64,000 nt of DNA, from positions 111,681 to 175,680 of the forward strand of contig JADJNX010000006.1 of the NCBI GenBank assembly GCA_016714125.1, read 5' to 3'. Positions 41,174 to 49,497 of the stretch are shown here, in pieces. Each line of letters opens with the position of its first letter. The stretch's first letter is position 1. Made by a program: the position numbers and the translations under genes. Under the pieces are notes generated by a model that was not told where the DNA came from, ran no database searches, and saw only the letters and a program-made list of their open reading frames with translations. The stretch comes from Ignavibacteriales bacterium (GTDB lineage Bacteria; Bacteroidota; Ignavibacteria; Ignavibacteriales; Ignavibacteriaceae).

Positions 41174-41209
41174 AAAGTGCGAATTCACTAAAGGTTCGCA
41201 CTTTTTTTT
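41174..41209 (+). terminator. Rho-independent terminator
   Basis: AAGTGCGAA-loop-TTCGCACTT stem followed by a T8 run. Confidence 0.7.
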
Positions 41210-41307
41210 GCTGGAAATCAAACTACTTGGAATTATTTAGCTTTCAAAAGCTGAAAATAATATGTTTATAACTTCCACATTCTCCCCAAATTTATAATTT
41301 TTCGATT

Positions 41308-41342
41308 ATAACCATATTTTATGCTTTGATATTTATGGTTAT
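41308..41342. promoter_or_regulatory. Inverted repeat ATAACCAT-N19-ATGGTTAT; candidate operator of the XRE/Fic pair
   Basis: 8-bp arms lie 40-75 nt upstream of the HTH gene start. Confidence 0.3.
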
Positions 41343-41381
41343 TACCATAACTTTGTAAGTTAAATATATGGATATACCCAA

Positions 41382-41846
41382 ATGAACAATGATAATCGAA
41401 GATTGTTGCTTGAACAACTCGACAGGAAGTTGGAGAGTTTTACTCCGGTTCGCAACCTGGAGGTGCCCTCAGAGGGTTGGATAAAGACTGTTCGAACTGC
41501 CCTCAACATGTCTCTGGCTCAACTGGCAAGAAGAATGAAAAAAACTCCGGCTACCGTAAAAGAGATGGAGACCCGCGAAAAGGATGGGGGAATTACTCTC
41601 AATAAACTTGCAGAAGCGGCGGATGCTCTCGAGTGCCGGGTTTTCTACACATTTATTCCCAAGGAAAGAACTTTTGATGATATTATCGAACAACGTGCGT
41701 TAAAACTTGCTAAAGAGATAATTATCCGCACATCCCAGACCATGGAACTTGAGAATCAGGCAAACAACTCAGAACGGAACCGGAATGCTCTTCTCCAAAG
41801 AAAAGAGAGAATTAAATATGAAATGCCGAGGTCTCTGTGGGATTAA
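41382..41846 (+). CDS. XRE-type HTH protein ('mobile mystery protein A' type)
   Basis: HTH GWIKTVRTALNMSLAQLARRM. Overlaps the downstream Fic gene by 10 nt. Confidence 0.75.
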   Translation: MNNDNRRLLLEQLDRKLESFTPVRNLEVPSEGWIKTVRTALNMSLAQLARRMKKTPATVKEMETREKDGGITLNKLAEAADALECRVFYTFIPKERTFDDIIEQRALKLAKEIIIRTSQTMELENQANNSERNRNALLQRKERIKYEMPRSLWD

Positions 41847-42433
41847 ATATTGATTATGAAGATGGTCAAACACCTCTCGACGAGGATGAAAAAGAAGGGT
41901 TGAAAATTCCAGGGATTACTACTCGGGGTGAGCTTGATGAATTTGAACAAGTTGGTGTGGAAAACGCAATTGCATCTTTATCAAAACAAAAAATATCACC
42001 TGAAATAATTCTTACTGAGGATTTTTTAATAGATCTGCACATTAAAATGTTTGGGAGTATATGGAAGTGGGCGGGAGAATTTCGTAAAACCAACAAAAAT
42101 ATCGGTGTTGACAAATATTATATCGGTATCGAAATCAAAAACCTTCTCGAAGATTGTCAATTTTGGGTAAATCATAAAACATTTCCAGACGATGAAATTG
42201 CAGTAAGAGTCAGCCACCGGCTCGTATGGATTCATCCATTTGCAAACGGTAATGGGAGGCATTCAAGGCTCTATGCTGATATCCTTGTAAGCAATGGCTT
42301 CAGTCGACCTGTTTTCTCGTGGGGCAGTAAGAACTTGATCAAAAAGGGAGAAGCCCGGTCTGCTTATCTCTCAGCATTAAGGCAGGCAGATATTCAGGAT
42401 TATTCAGCTTTAGTAAGATTTGCGAGATCATAG
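41837..42433 (+). CDS. Fic-domain protein ('mobile mystery protein B' type)
   Basis: Fic motif HPFANGNGRHSR. Confidence 0.85.
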   Translation: MGLNIDYEDGQTPLDEDEKEGLKIPGITTRGELDEFEQVGVENAIASLSKQKISPEIILTEDFLIDLHIKMFGSIWKWAGEFRKTNKNIGVDKYYIGIEIKNLLEDCQFWVNHKTFPDDEIAVRVSHRLVWIHPFANGNGRHSRLYADILVSNGFSRPVFSWGSKNLIKKGEARSAYLSALRQADIQDYSALVRFARS

Positions 42434-42556
42434 ACTTGAAAAAGTGTTTTGACTAGGCTGTACAAAGTTTTGTGTAAATAGTTAGTGAGATACATACCAT
42501 TCACTACCAAAGATGTCATAGATATTTCATTGTCATAGTTCAGATGACATAGTCCC

Positions 42557-43138
42557 TCAAAACCCAACTCTCATACCAAGCCCAACACCTGGATCGGTTA
42601 GCGTTCCAAGCAGTGTATACAGGGTTACATTGGCATTGTTTTGATGGATGAAATACATCGCTGCGTCAAAGACGAGGAGAAATGCACCTTGCACAAGCAG
42701 ACTGTTGCCATACCCGTTGAGGATGTCCTTCTTATCAGAGTTTTTTGCTTTTTCTTTGAGGAATAAACCGGTGGCGATATATGCAAGATCCAGTCCCGCA
42801 TTAAGGACAAAGATATTTTGAAGTGTTTGATGCCCAGTAACTGAATTGTAGAGAGACAAAGAATCTGTGCCGGTGTTCAAAAGTCCATTGAGTGCAAGAC
42901 CTAAGTTAACTGTGTTCCAGAGGGCGTTAAATTGATTAAAATATTTGGCTTCTCCCTGGGTGGTGAAAGAGAGAGTGGTACCCGAAACGATATTGGCCAA
43001 TGCCCAACCTCCAAGCACAAGCATACCTGTTCGGTTGATCTCGTTTTTTGTATTCTCAAATTCTTTGAGGGATGGAAGCGCATCCTGTGCGAGAACAAAT
43101 AACGGCAGAAATATCAAAAGTAAAAGTGTTTTTTTCAT
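42557..43138 (-). CDS. Hypothetical membrane protein with signal peptide
   Basis: MKKTLLLLIFLPLFVLAQ signal and several hydrophobic segments. No family recognised. Confidence 0.5.
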   Translation of the reverse strand: MKKTLLLLIFLPLFVLAQDALPSLKEFENTKNEINRTGMLVLGGWALANIVSGTTLSFTTQGEAKYFNQFNALWNTVNLGLALNGLLNTGTDSLSLYNSVTGHQTLQNIFVLNAGLDLAYIATGLFLKEKAKNSDKKDILNGYGNSLLVQGAFLLVFDAAMYFIHQNNANVTLYTLLGTLTDPGVGLGMRVGF

Positions 43139-43159
43139 GTTATAGTAACCTCAATTTTT

Positions 43160-43505
43160 TGTGGATGGTTCACCATGGTTGGGCAAATAAGTTTCTAATT
43201 TAACCCCGCACACGGGGTAAGGGTAATTTGGAGATTCAGCATAGCTACGAATATGAATTCCGTGTCGCGGAAAATCTTTGAGTTTTTTCGTTTTGCAGAG
43301 GGCAATCGGGACGCTACGAATATATATTCCCCACTGGGGAAAATCTCTGAATTATATCAATTTGCAGAGGGCAATCGGGACGATTACCACTCCTCACCCT
43401 TACGCCTAAGATCCGTGGACTCCGCGTAACCATCCCCATCTGCGAAACTCTGTTTAATCTGCGTGTATCTGCGTCCCCTAAATTCCATGGAACTATTCCC
43501 CCTGA
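43160..43505. repeat. Largest copy of the modular interspersed repeat family, including a 69-bp tandem duplication
   Basis: CCCCGCACACGGGG hairpin. Two 69-nt units (43244-43312, 43313-43381) each end in GCAGAGGGCAATCGGGAC. Reverse-oriented GGGGACGCAGATACACGCAGATTAAACAGAG module at 43455-43495. Confidence 0.8.
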
Positions 43506-43561
43506 ATATTGTTGTATTTTTACCGCTATCGCCAATTATTCAGTAAAGAAAACCGATCAAA

Positions 43562-44196
43562 ATGATTATTACCAGTAAAAATATGTTAGAGTTCGAAAAG
43601 CTCTACAGAACCAATTTTGTCAACTCGTTGAGTGGATTTAAGAGTGCAAACTTGATCGGCACAGTTTCATCTGAGGGCAAAACAAATCTGGCGATATTTA
43701 GTTCTGTAATTCATGTTGGTGCAAATCCACCGGCGATTGGCTTTTTGATGCGTCCCGTTAAAGTTGAAAGAGATACATATAAGAACATAAAAGAGACGGG
43801 TTTCTTTACGGTTAACCATATAGATAAGGCAATACACAAACAAGCTCATCAAACAGCGGCAAGATTTAGCAGCGATGTTTCGGAATTTGATGAATGTGGA
43901 TTTACTCCTGAGTATTCCGAGCACATAAAGGCACCTTATGTTAGAGAATCAAAGATAAAATTGGTTGCCGATTTGTTGAAGAGCAAGAAATCAAATTTAA
44001 CGGAACTGTTTTTATGGTTGGAGAAATTATTGAAGTAATCCTCCCCGATAATTTGGTTCTGGAAGACGGTTTCATTGAAATTGAAAAGGCAGGGACAATA
44101 ACAATCAGCGGATTGGATAGTTATCATGAAACAACAAAAATTGGTCGCCTTTCATATTTCCAAGCCCGGGACAAAAGCGAAAGAATTATGATATGA
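43562..44196 (+). CDS. Flavin reductase-like (FMN-binding split barrel) protein, frame broken near 44000
   Basis: The flavin-reductase domain pattern (..GKTNLAIFSSVIHVGANPPAIGFLMRP..) is split over ORFs 43562-44038 and 44014-44196. Confidence 0.65.
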
Positions 44197-44436
44197 AGGA
44201 TTTTTTCCATTGTAGACATCTCTCGAATAATTGAAATGGCCTGGGAAGACCGCACTCCATTTGAAGCACTCGAAATTCAATTTGGATTAAAAGAAAATGA
44301 TGTGAGGGAGATAATGAGAAGAGAAATGAAATCTTCAAGTTTTAGGATGTGGCGTGAGCGGGTAGGTGGTAGAAAAACAAAACATCTTTCTCTCCGCTCA
44401 GATGACATAAACCGATTTAAGAGTAAAAATCAGTAG
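44193..44436 (+). CDS. DUF2805 / TIGR03643-family small protein, probable frame break in a T6 run near 44203
   Basis: IIEMAWEDRTPFEALEIQFGLKENDV core. ATG 44193 joins the main ORF (44236-44436) if T6 is read as T5. Confidence 0.6.
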
Positions 44437-44460
44437 TTTTGTTAGAGAAGCCCAAATTGT

Positions 44461-45052
44461 TTACCAGCGCATAAATTTATAAGTAAAAATTAATTGAAGG
44501 GACAAATTTCCGTCATCGATTTTAGCAAAATTATAATATTTTAGTTCAGCACCTACAGCAAAATGTTTATTGAGTGGGCGCAGGTATGTTGCAGCACCTG
44601 AGAAACCAAGGGTAATCTGAGAACTGCTTGCCTTTGATCCAAATCCATTTCCTCTTGTGTTTAGGAACATGACTCCCGAAGAGAATTTAACTTCCAACTC
44701 GGGTAACATTTGCGGGAAAACGACCATTGAAAAAAACCGCCAGAAGTGGAATTGAAAACATCGAAATTTCCGCCTTACTTCTCCCAATTCCGGTGAGATT
44801 GACCACCTGATCAAGTGAATACAATTGATGATAACCCGTCTCTACCCCAATCCTTAGCAGGTGTTCAGGCTGCCACATTATTCTTAAAGTCCCATTCAAT
44901 CCATGAAGATTAATATCAGGCATGTTGAGATCAGTAAGATGATATGAATATCCGGCTCCAACTTCCAGATTAAGTGAATATAGAGAATCTTTAATCTGGG
45001 GAGTGGCAATGCCCATCAAGATTACAATGAGGAATAACGTCTTTATTAACAT
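44461..45052 (-). CDS. Small outer-membrane beta-barrel protein, frame broken near 44700-44760
   Basis: Signal peptide, alternating beta-strand pattern and a C-terminal aromatic residue (..IFTYKFMRW). Confidence 0.55.
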
Positions 45053-45055
45053 GAT

Positions 45056-46308
45056 CTACCTTGTATAATGATAGTATGCAACAAGTGACGGATAATTTGT
45101 AAGAATCCCATTAAATTTTCCCTCCGTAAGGAAGCTTTCGATAAAAGCCGGGTCGTCCATTGTCCAAACGAAGGCACCTCTTCCCTCATTTTGAAGCTCC
45201 ATAACAGTTGAAGTCTGAGTTCCGAGAGTCCACCGAGGCGCCCAATATATTGAATTTGCCCTTCGAACTGAATTAACATCGAGTTCACAGAGTGTTGGGA
45301 TTGTGCTAAAATCTTTCATATTAATGAGATTTGTCAACTTATCTTCAGATGGAATTCCAATAACAATCTGAATATCTCTTTTCTTTATTGACCCTCTTTT
45401 AAGCATCTCCTTAACGATCTCAGTGACAATCGGGATTTCATTACGAGAAGATTTTAGATCGAGCCAAACAATCGAAAGAGAAGTTTCTTCAATAATTAAT
45501 GTAAGAGCATCGATTAATGTGGGATTTTTTCACCATTTTTTAAGGTAATATAAGCGCTGATAAGAGGCCAGGTGAATTGTTCAATATTCCCCCATAACAC
45601 ACCTTTTTGAGTTGTTCTTAGATTAATATCATTATCGTGATAAATAAAGGGGACACCATCACTGCTGAGTTTGACATCAATCTCAACACCATTGGCACCA
45701 TATCCTTCAGCTTGTTTTAGTATCTCCAGAGTATTTTCCGATACACCGAGATAGTCCGAGTTTCTGCCACCTCCACGGTGAGCAAGAATATGAAATTTTG
45801 TCTGTTTAACAAAATCACTAAATGGACGCAAAAACTTGAGGATAACTTCCGTATTTTTGGGTTGGTTGCCGTTACCAAAAGAACCTCTCAGGATTATTTC
45901 ACCACTTGTCGAATCCTTCTGAAGGAGTCTTGTCCCTCCCTCAACTTTGGAAATTTGCATCCCCACAGCACCCGTTTCTGTGCTTGTCCTGAATCTCCAA
46001 TACCCTTCAAAATAGAATACAGAATCAAGAACTCCTCCTTGTAAAACTGCGTATCCACCATTTTTTGAAGAAAAAATTGAGAGAGTATTTTTATTCCACT
46101 TTAAAACCACCTGTTTGCCAAAAACTGAAGCACCGGATTCTACTGTGTAAATCCCTTCCATCCAGGGTTTTGGTTTATTTGGAACAGGATCCGTTGAACC
46201 AAGAACACCGGAGGGATCAACAATCGGGTATTGTACCTCAACACTATTTTCGCATGATGAAAGGAGAAATGAGACTCCCAAACAGAGGAGAAATATTACT
46301 TTTTTCAT
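45056..46308 (-). CDS. Glycerophosphodiester phosphodiesterase (GDPD) family lipoprotein, frame broken near 45518
   Basis: Lipobox LLSSC and GDPD motif ILAHRGGG..ENTLE...GANGVEIDV. Reading a C3 run as C4 restores ..GEKIPTLIDALTLI.. Confidence 0.75.
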
Positions 46309-47015
46309 AAATTAAAACTAAAAATAAATTCAGGAAGCAGGAAAAATCGGTCGAAAGTTGAGAATCCGGCCCAGAGGGGATAATAAAAGCGGGCGTAATT
46401 TGCTTTAAATCCGATCACTACAAAGTTCTCTTTCCAGAGAGGTTGCTCGATATAAACTCCAACAGAATATCCCGCCATTGTCCGGTATGAGTTTACTGTA
46501 TGTACATCTCCATTTCGGGTCGATTGGGTTAAAATAAGCATCATCTCAGATTTTACACTGACACTGAAGTTGGGGAAAGTATAACCCACAGTGATATTGG
46601 GCGATAGATTCCAGCCATCCATTCCTGTATCAAAACCGTAACTTTTCAGACGCCCAAACCAGAATCCCAAATCTGTCCCTACTGATAATTTGAAATCCCC
46701 AAAATCATGATTCCAGTTTAGCCCTGATGAAAAGTTGAACGTTAGGTAATTTGATTCAATAAAACCTTGAGCAAGAATATTATCAATAATGCCAACTTTT
46801 ATTCTGTAAGTAAAAAGAGGTGACAAAAATGCATCATCGGTTTCGATTACATCTTCAGGAAGTTTGGTGGAGCTTAATCCAATATTGTGAATCACTTCAC
46901 CTGATTTAAGAGAACGAGGGAGATGGAAGGAATTATTTGTAATCGTCGTAGTTTGGGGTAAAGCAGGGCAAATGTAAAACACTAAAACCAGGAGGACAAT
47001 TTTAAATGTTTTCAA
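46305..47015 (-). CDS. Hypothetical outer-membrane beta-barrel-like protein
   Basis: Signal peptide, alternating hydrophobic pattern and a C-terminus ending EFIFSFNL. Confidence 0.45.
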   Translation of the reverse strand: MKTFKIVLLVLVFYICPALPQTTTITNNSFHLPRSLKSGEVIHNIGLSSTKLPEDVIETDDAFLSPLFTYRIKVGIIDNILAQGFIESNYLTFNFSSGLNWNHDFGDFKLSVGTDLGFWFGRLKSYGFDTGMDGWNLSPNITVGYTFPNFSVSVKSEMMLILTQSTRNGDVHTVNSYRTMAGYSVGVYIEQPLWKENFVVIGFKANYARFYYPLWAGFSTFDRFFLLPEFIFSFNL

Positions 47016-47138
47016 TTGGTCAAAATATTCATTTAGTGTTAATTCAAAGATTGATTTAAAGGAAATCTCTTTTAATCGTCAAAAGCAAAAACAATTTAAC
47101 AAAAGTATGAATGTATATCAATACGGAAACTTATTCCT

Positions 47139-47154
47139 TGGCAGGTGACTTGCA
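47139..47154 (+). promoter_or_regulatory. Sigma-54-like -24/-12 element TGGCAG-N5-TTGCA
   Basis: Canonical spacing, but it lies about 215 nt upstream of the CIA30 gene. Confidence 0.3.
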
Positions 47155-47370
47155 TGCCTGGAGTTTTGCACTTCTATTCATATTCAGTACTTATTGACAG
47201 TTTTGTAATCCGAAATCCGTCCGGATGCAAAGATCGAAACCATTAAACCTTATCAATTATTTAAGCTTTCTTTCCACTCGCTATTTGCAACCTTCTTGTC
47301 AAAAAGTTTTGTTATTCTATTAACACTTTAAACTTCAACTTACTTATAATAAGTTTAGAAAGAGCGACAA

Positions 47371-47925
47371 ATGAATTTTCTTTCAATTATACTTGCAGCA
47401 ATGATTATGAATAACTCTATACTACTTAACGAAGACAACATTTTGCTCAATGCATCATTAATGAAAACAGAGAACCAGTGGCGCATAGTAAATGATGGTG
47501 TAATGGGTGGATTAAGTTCCTCAAAAACTACTATTAAAGATAGTAAAATAGTTTTCAGTGGAAATGTTTCTTTAGAAAATAATGGCGGATTTGCTTCGCT
47601 AAGAAGCCCGGTAAAAGATTACGATTTTTCTGAATTCTCGGGAATTGAATTAAAACTTAAAACCGATGGCAAGCGTTACAGCATATCAATGAAGGAGACT
47701 TCATACTTTAACGGATATTTTTATACTATTTCATTTGAAACAAAGAAAGATGAGTACATCATTGTCCGGATTACTTTTAATCAGTTGAAACTTTATTACT
47801 TTGGGAATGAAACCAACTCGAAAAATAAAATTCCTCTGGATAACATCAAAGAAATTTCTTTATTGATTGGTGATAAACAGGAAGGTGGTTTTATTACTGA
47901 GGTTGATTATATAAAACTATACTGA
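47371..47925 (+). CDS. CIA30 (complex I intermediate-associated protein 30-like) domain protein
   Basis: WRIVNDGVMGGLSSS...NNGGFASLRS motif. Confidence 0.75.
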   Translation: MNFLSIILAAMIMNNSILLNEDNILLNASLMKTENQWRIVNDGVMGGLSSSKTTIKDSKIVFSGNVSLENNGGFASLRSPVKDYDFSEFSGIELKLKTDGKRYSISMKETSYFNGYFYTISFETKKDEYIIVRITFNQLKLYYFGNETNSKNKIPLDNIKEISLLIGDKQEGGFITEVDYIKLY

Positions 47926-48115
47926 TTAAATTCAAATATATTTAACAATAATTATTATAGAAATGAATCGGGAGCGCTATCACGGAATTTAAAACAAAAA
48001 ACCCGCCACAAGGACGGGTAATTTTGTCGGCTCCGTCCCGATTCCTCGGGAAACCTGTGCCAACCCTTCGGTTAACAGCCGTCCCGACCAGTCGGGAGAG
48101 CTATCACGGAATTTA

Positions 48116-48142
48116 AAACAAAAAACCCGCCACAAGGACGGG
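48116..48142 (-). terminator. Terminator downstream of tRNA-Asn, duplicated at about 47990-48017
   Basis: Minus strand reads CCCGTCCTTGTGGCGGG followed by TTTTTTGTTTT. Confidence 0.55.
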
Positions 48143-48154
48143 TAATTTTGTCGG

Positions 48155-48226
48155 CTCCGCGAGCAGGACTCGAACTTGCAACCCTTCGGTTAACAGCCGA
48201 ATGCTCCACCATTGAGCTATCGCGGA
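48155..48226 (-). tRNA. tRNA-Asn (anticodon GTT)
   Basis: Manual fold: acceptor TCCGCGA/TCGCGGA, D stem GCTC/GAGC, anticodon stem TTCGG/CCGAA with loop CTGTTAA, T loop TTCGAGT. One A-C mismatch in the T stem. CCA is not encoded. Confidence 0.85.
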
Positions 48227-48496
48227 ATGTTTTGCTTCTTTAACAGTCGTCCCGATTCATCGGGAGAGCTATCTAGGAATGTTTTCATTTTAAAAGTTTT
48301 TCACAAAACAATTTCAAAATGAGCTACAAATATAAGCAAATTTCATATTGCTGTCAATAACAATTTAAAAAATTAAATTATTTTTCATTAGTCTTGTAAA
48401 TCTCCCTAAAAATAGAGAAATTCAATTGTGGTTTTGAGATATTATTTTTCTCACCGCAGATAGTTAAGCTCGTTTAAAAATTAACAGGATTTCAAT

Positions 48497-48859
48497 ATGC
48501 AGAGTGATTATTTAATCCGTGCAATGATGTCAAAACTTGCCACAGATTCAAAATTTGTGGGGGTATTCATGATGATTACCGGTGCATTGATCTGTCTTTC
48601 CATAGTGGGATTGCCATTAGGGATTCCCTACATATTTGCCGGAATGAGGGCAAAAGAGGGAGGGTCTCAAATTGAACAATATGTCCTTTCCAATAACAAT
48701 TCAATTAAAACATCCGCATACGAAAACTATCAGAAGCATTTTTTCATTCTTAAAGTGCTTTATATCGTTGGATTTATCGGTGCGATATTAGGGTTAATTT
48801 TTATCTTCTTCATACTTTACGCATTTGTAAGAGGATTAGGACCGGCGGGGGTACGTTGA
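48497..48859 (+). CDS. Small membrane protein, paralogue 1 of a tandem pair
   Basis: Shares its architecture with the next gene (..DYL...SKL....K.VGV..II.G.L.CL.I.G...G..YI..GM.A.E.G). Confidence 0.55.
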   Translation: MQSDYLIRAMMSKLATDSKFVGVFMMITGALICLSIVGLPLGIPYIFAGMRAKEGGSQIEQYVLSNNNSIKTSAYENYQKHFFILKVLYIVGFIGAILGLIFIFFILYAFVRGLGPAGVR

Positions 48860-48860
48860 T

Positions 48861-49226
48861 ATGGAAAATGATTATTTAGAAAAAAGTGCAGTTAGCAAAC
48901 TTGGTTCCGAGGCAAAAACGGTTGGGGTTCTCAATATTATTGTTGGAGTTCTTAACTGCCTGACCATAACAGGTATCATTACCGGAGTACTTTATATTAT
49001 TACCGGAATGAAGGCGAGGGAAGCCGGTGACCGCTTCCAAAACTATTCAGCGTTTAATGATGAGGCAGAAGAATTTCGGGCACTCGAAAGCCTTGGAAAG
49101 TATTTTCAATGGATGAAAATCACAATAATAGTCAGCCTTGTGGTTATGATTATTGCAATTATCCTCTCGTTAGTTGTGGAATCTCCCGGGCTCTACCCTG
49201 GTAACTCTACTTACCGCTCCCTTTAA
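48861..49226 (+). CDS. Small membrane protein, paralogue 2 of a tandem pair
   Basis: Same TM layout and conserved N-terminal motif as 48497-48859. Separated from it by 1 nt. Confidence 0.55.
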   Translation: MENDYLEKSAVSKLGSEAKTVGVLNIIVGVLNCLTITGIITGVLYIITGMKAREAGDRFQNYSAFNDEAEEFRALESLGKYFQWMKITIIVSLVVMIIAIILSLVVESPGLYPGNSTYRSL

Positions 49227-49232
49227 AATAAA

Positions 49233-49265
49233 AGAGGCTGATCCATAAGGGTCAGCCTCTTCTTC
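49233..49265 (+). terminator. Rho-independent terminator-like hairpin
   Basis: AGAGGCTGA-loop-TCAGCCTCT stem followed by a T-rich tail. Confidence 0.6.
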
Positions 49266-49497
49266 ATTTCACTTCACATCGGAGTTCAAAAAAATGACAC
49301 TCCGGCCTGCTGTCCTTACTTAATCATTCATTCATCAGATATTCACAATTGACATCACCGCCGGAGCATCGGGAGAGATTTTAAACTCACTTAAAGATTA
49401 AACATCTTCGATGCTAAATTAAGTTCCTGTAACAAAAAATATCAACAAAAGTTAAACACAATTTGATTATTTCGCTGAAGTGTAGTAATTTTGAAGA

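Larger units (their letters stand above)
47965..48280. repeat. Tandem tRNA-Asn-derived segments carrying TCCCGA-N4-TCGGGA palindromes, surrounding the intact tRNA
   Basis: GAGCTATCNNGGAAT occurs four times. A 62-nt flank with terminator is duplicated (47974-48035 and 48098-48160). Palindromes lie at 48036-48051, 48082-48097 and 48250-48265. Confidence 0.75.

Noticed and set aside
47965-48280. CRISPR array at the tRNA-flanking repeats or at the 69-bp tandem at 43244-43381
   Set aside because: There are only 2-4 units, no unique spacers of regular length, the units are tRNA-derived or directly abutting, and no cas genes are in the window.
47926-48496. Integrated element at tRNA-Asn (att duplication)
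   Set aside because: There is no integrase, excisionase or phage gene on either side. The partial copies contain internal arm replacements, which simple att duplication does not produce.
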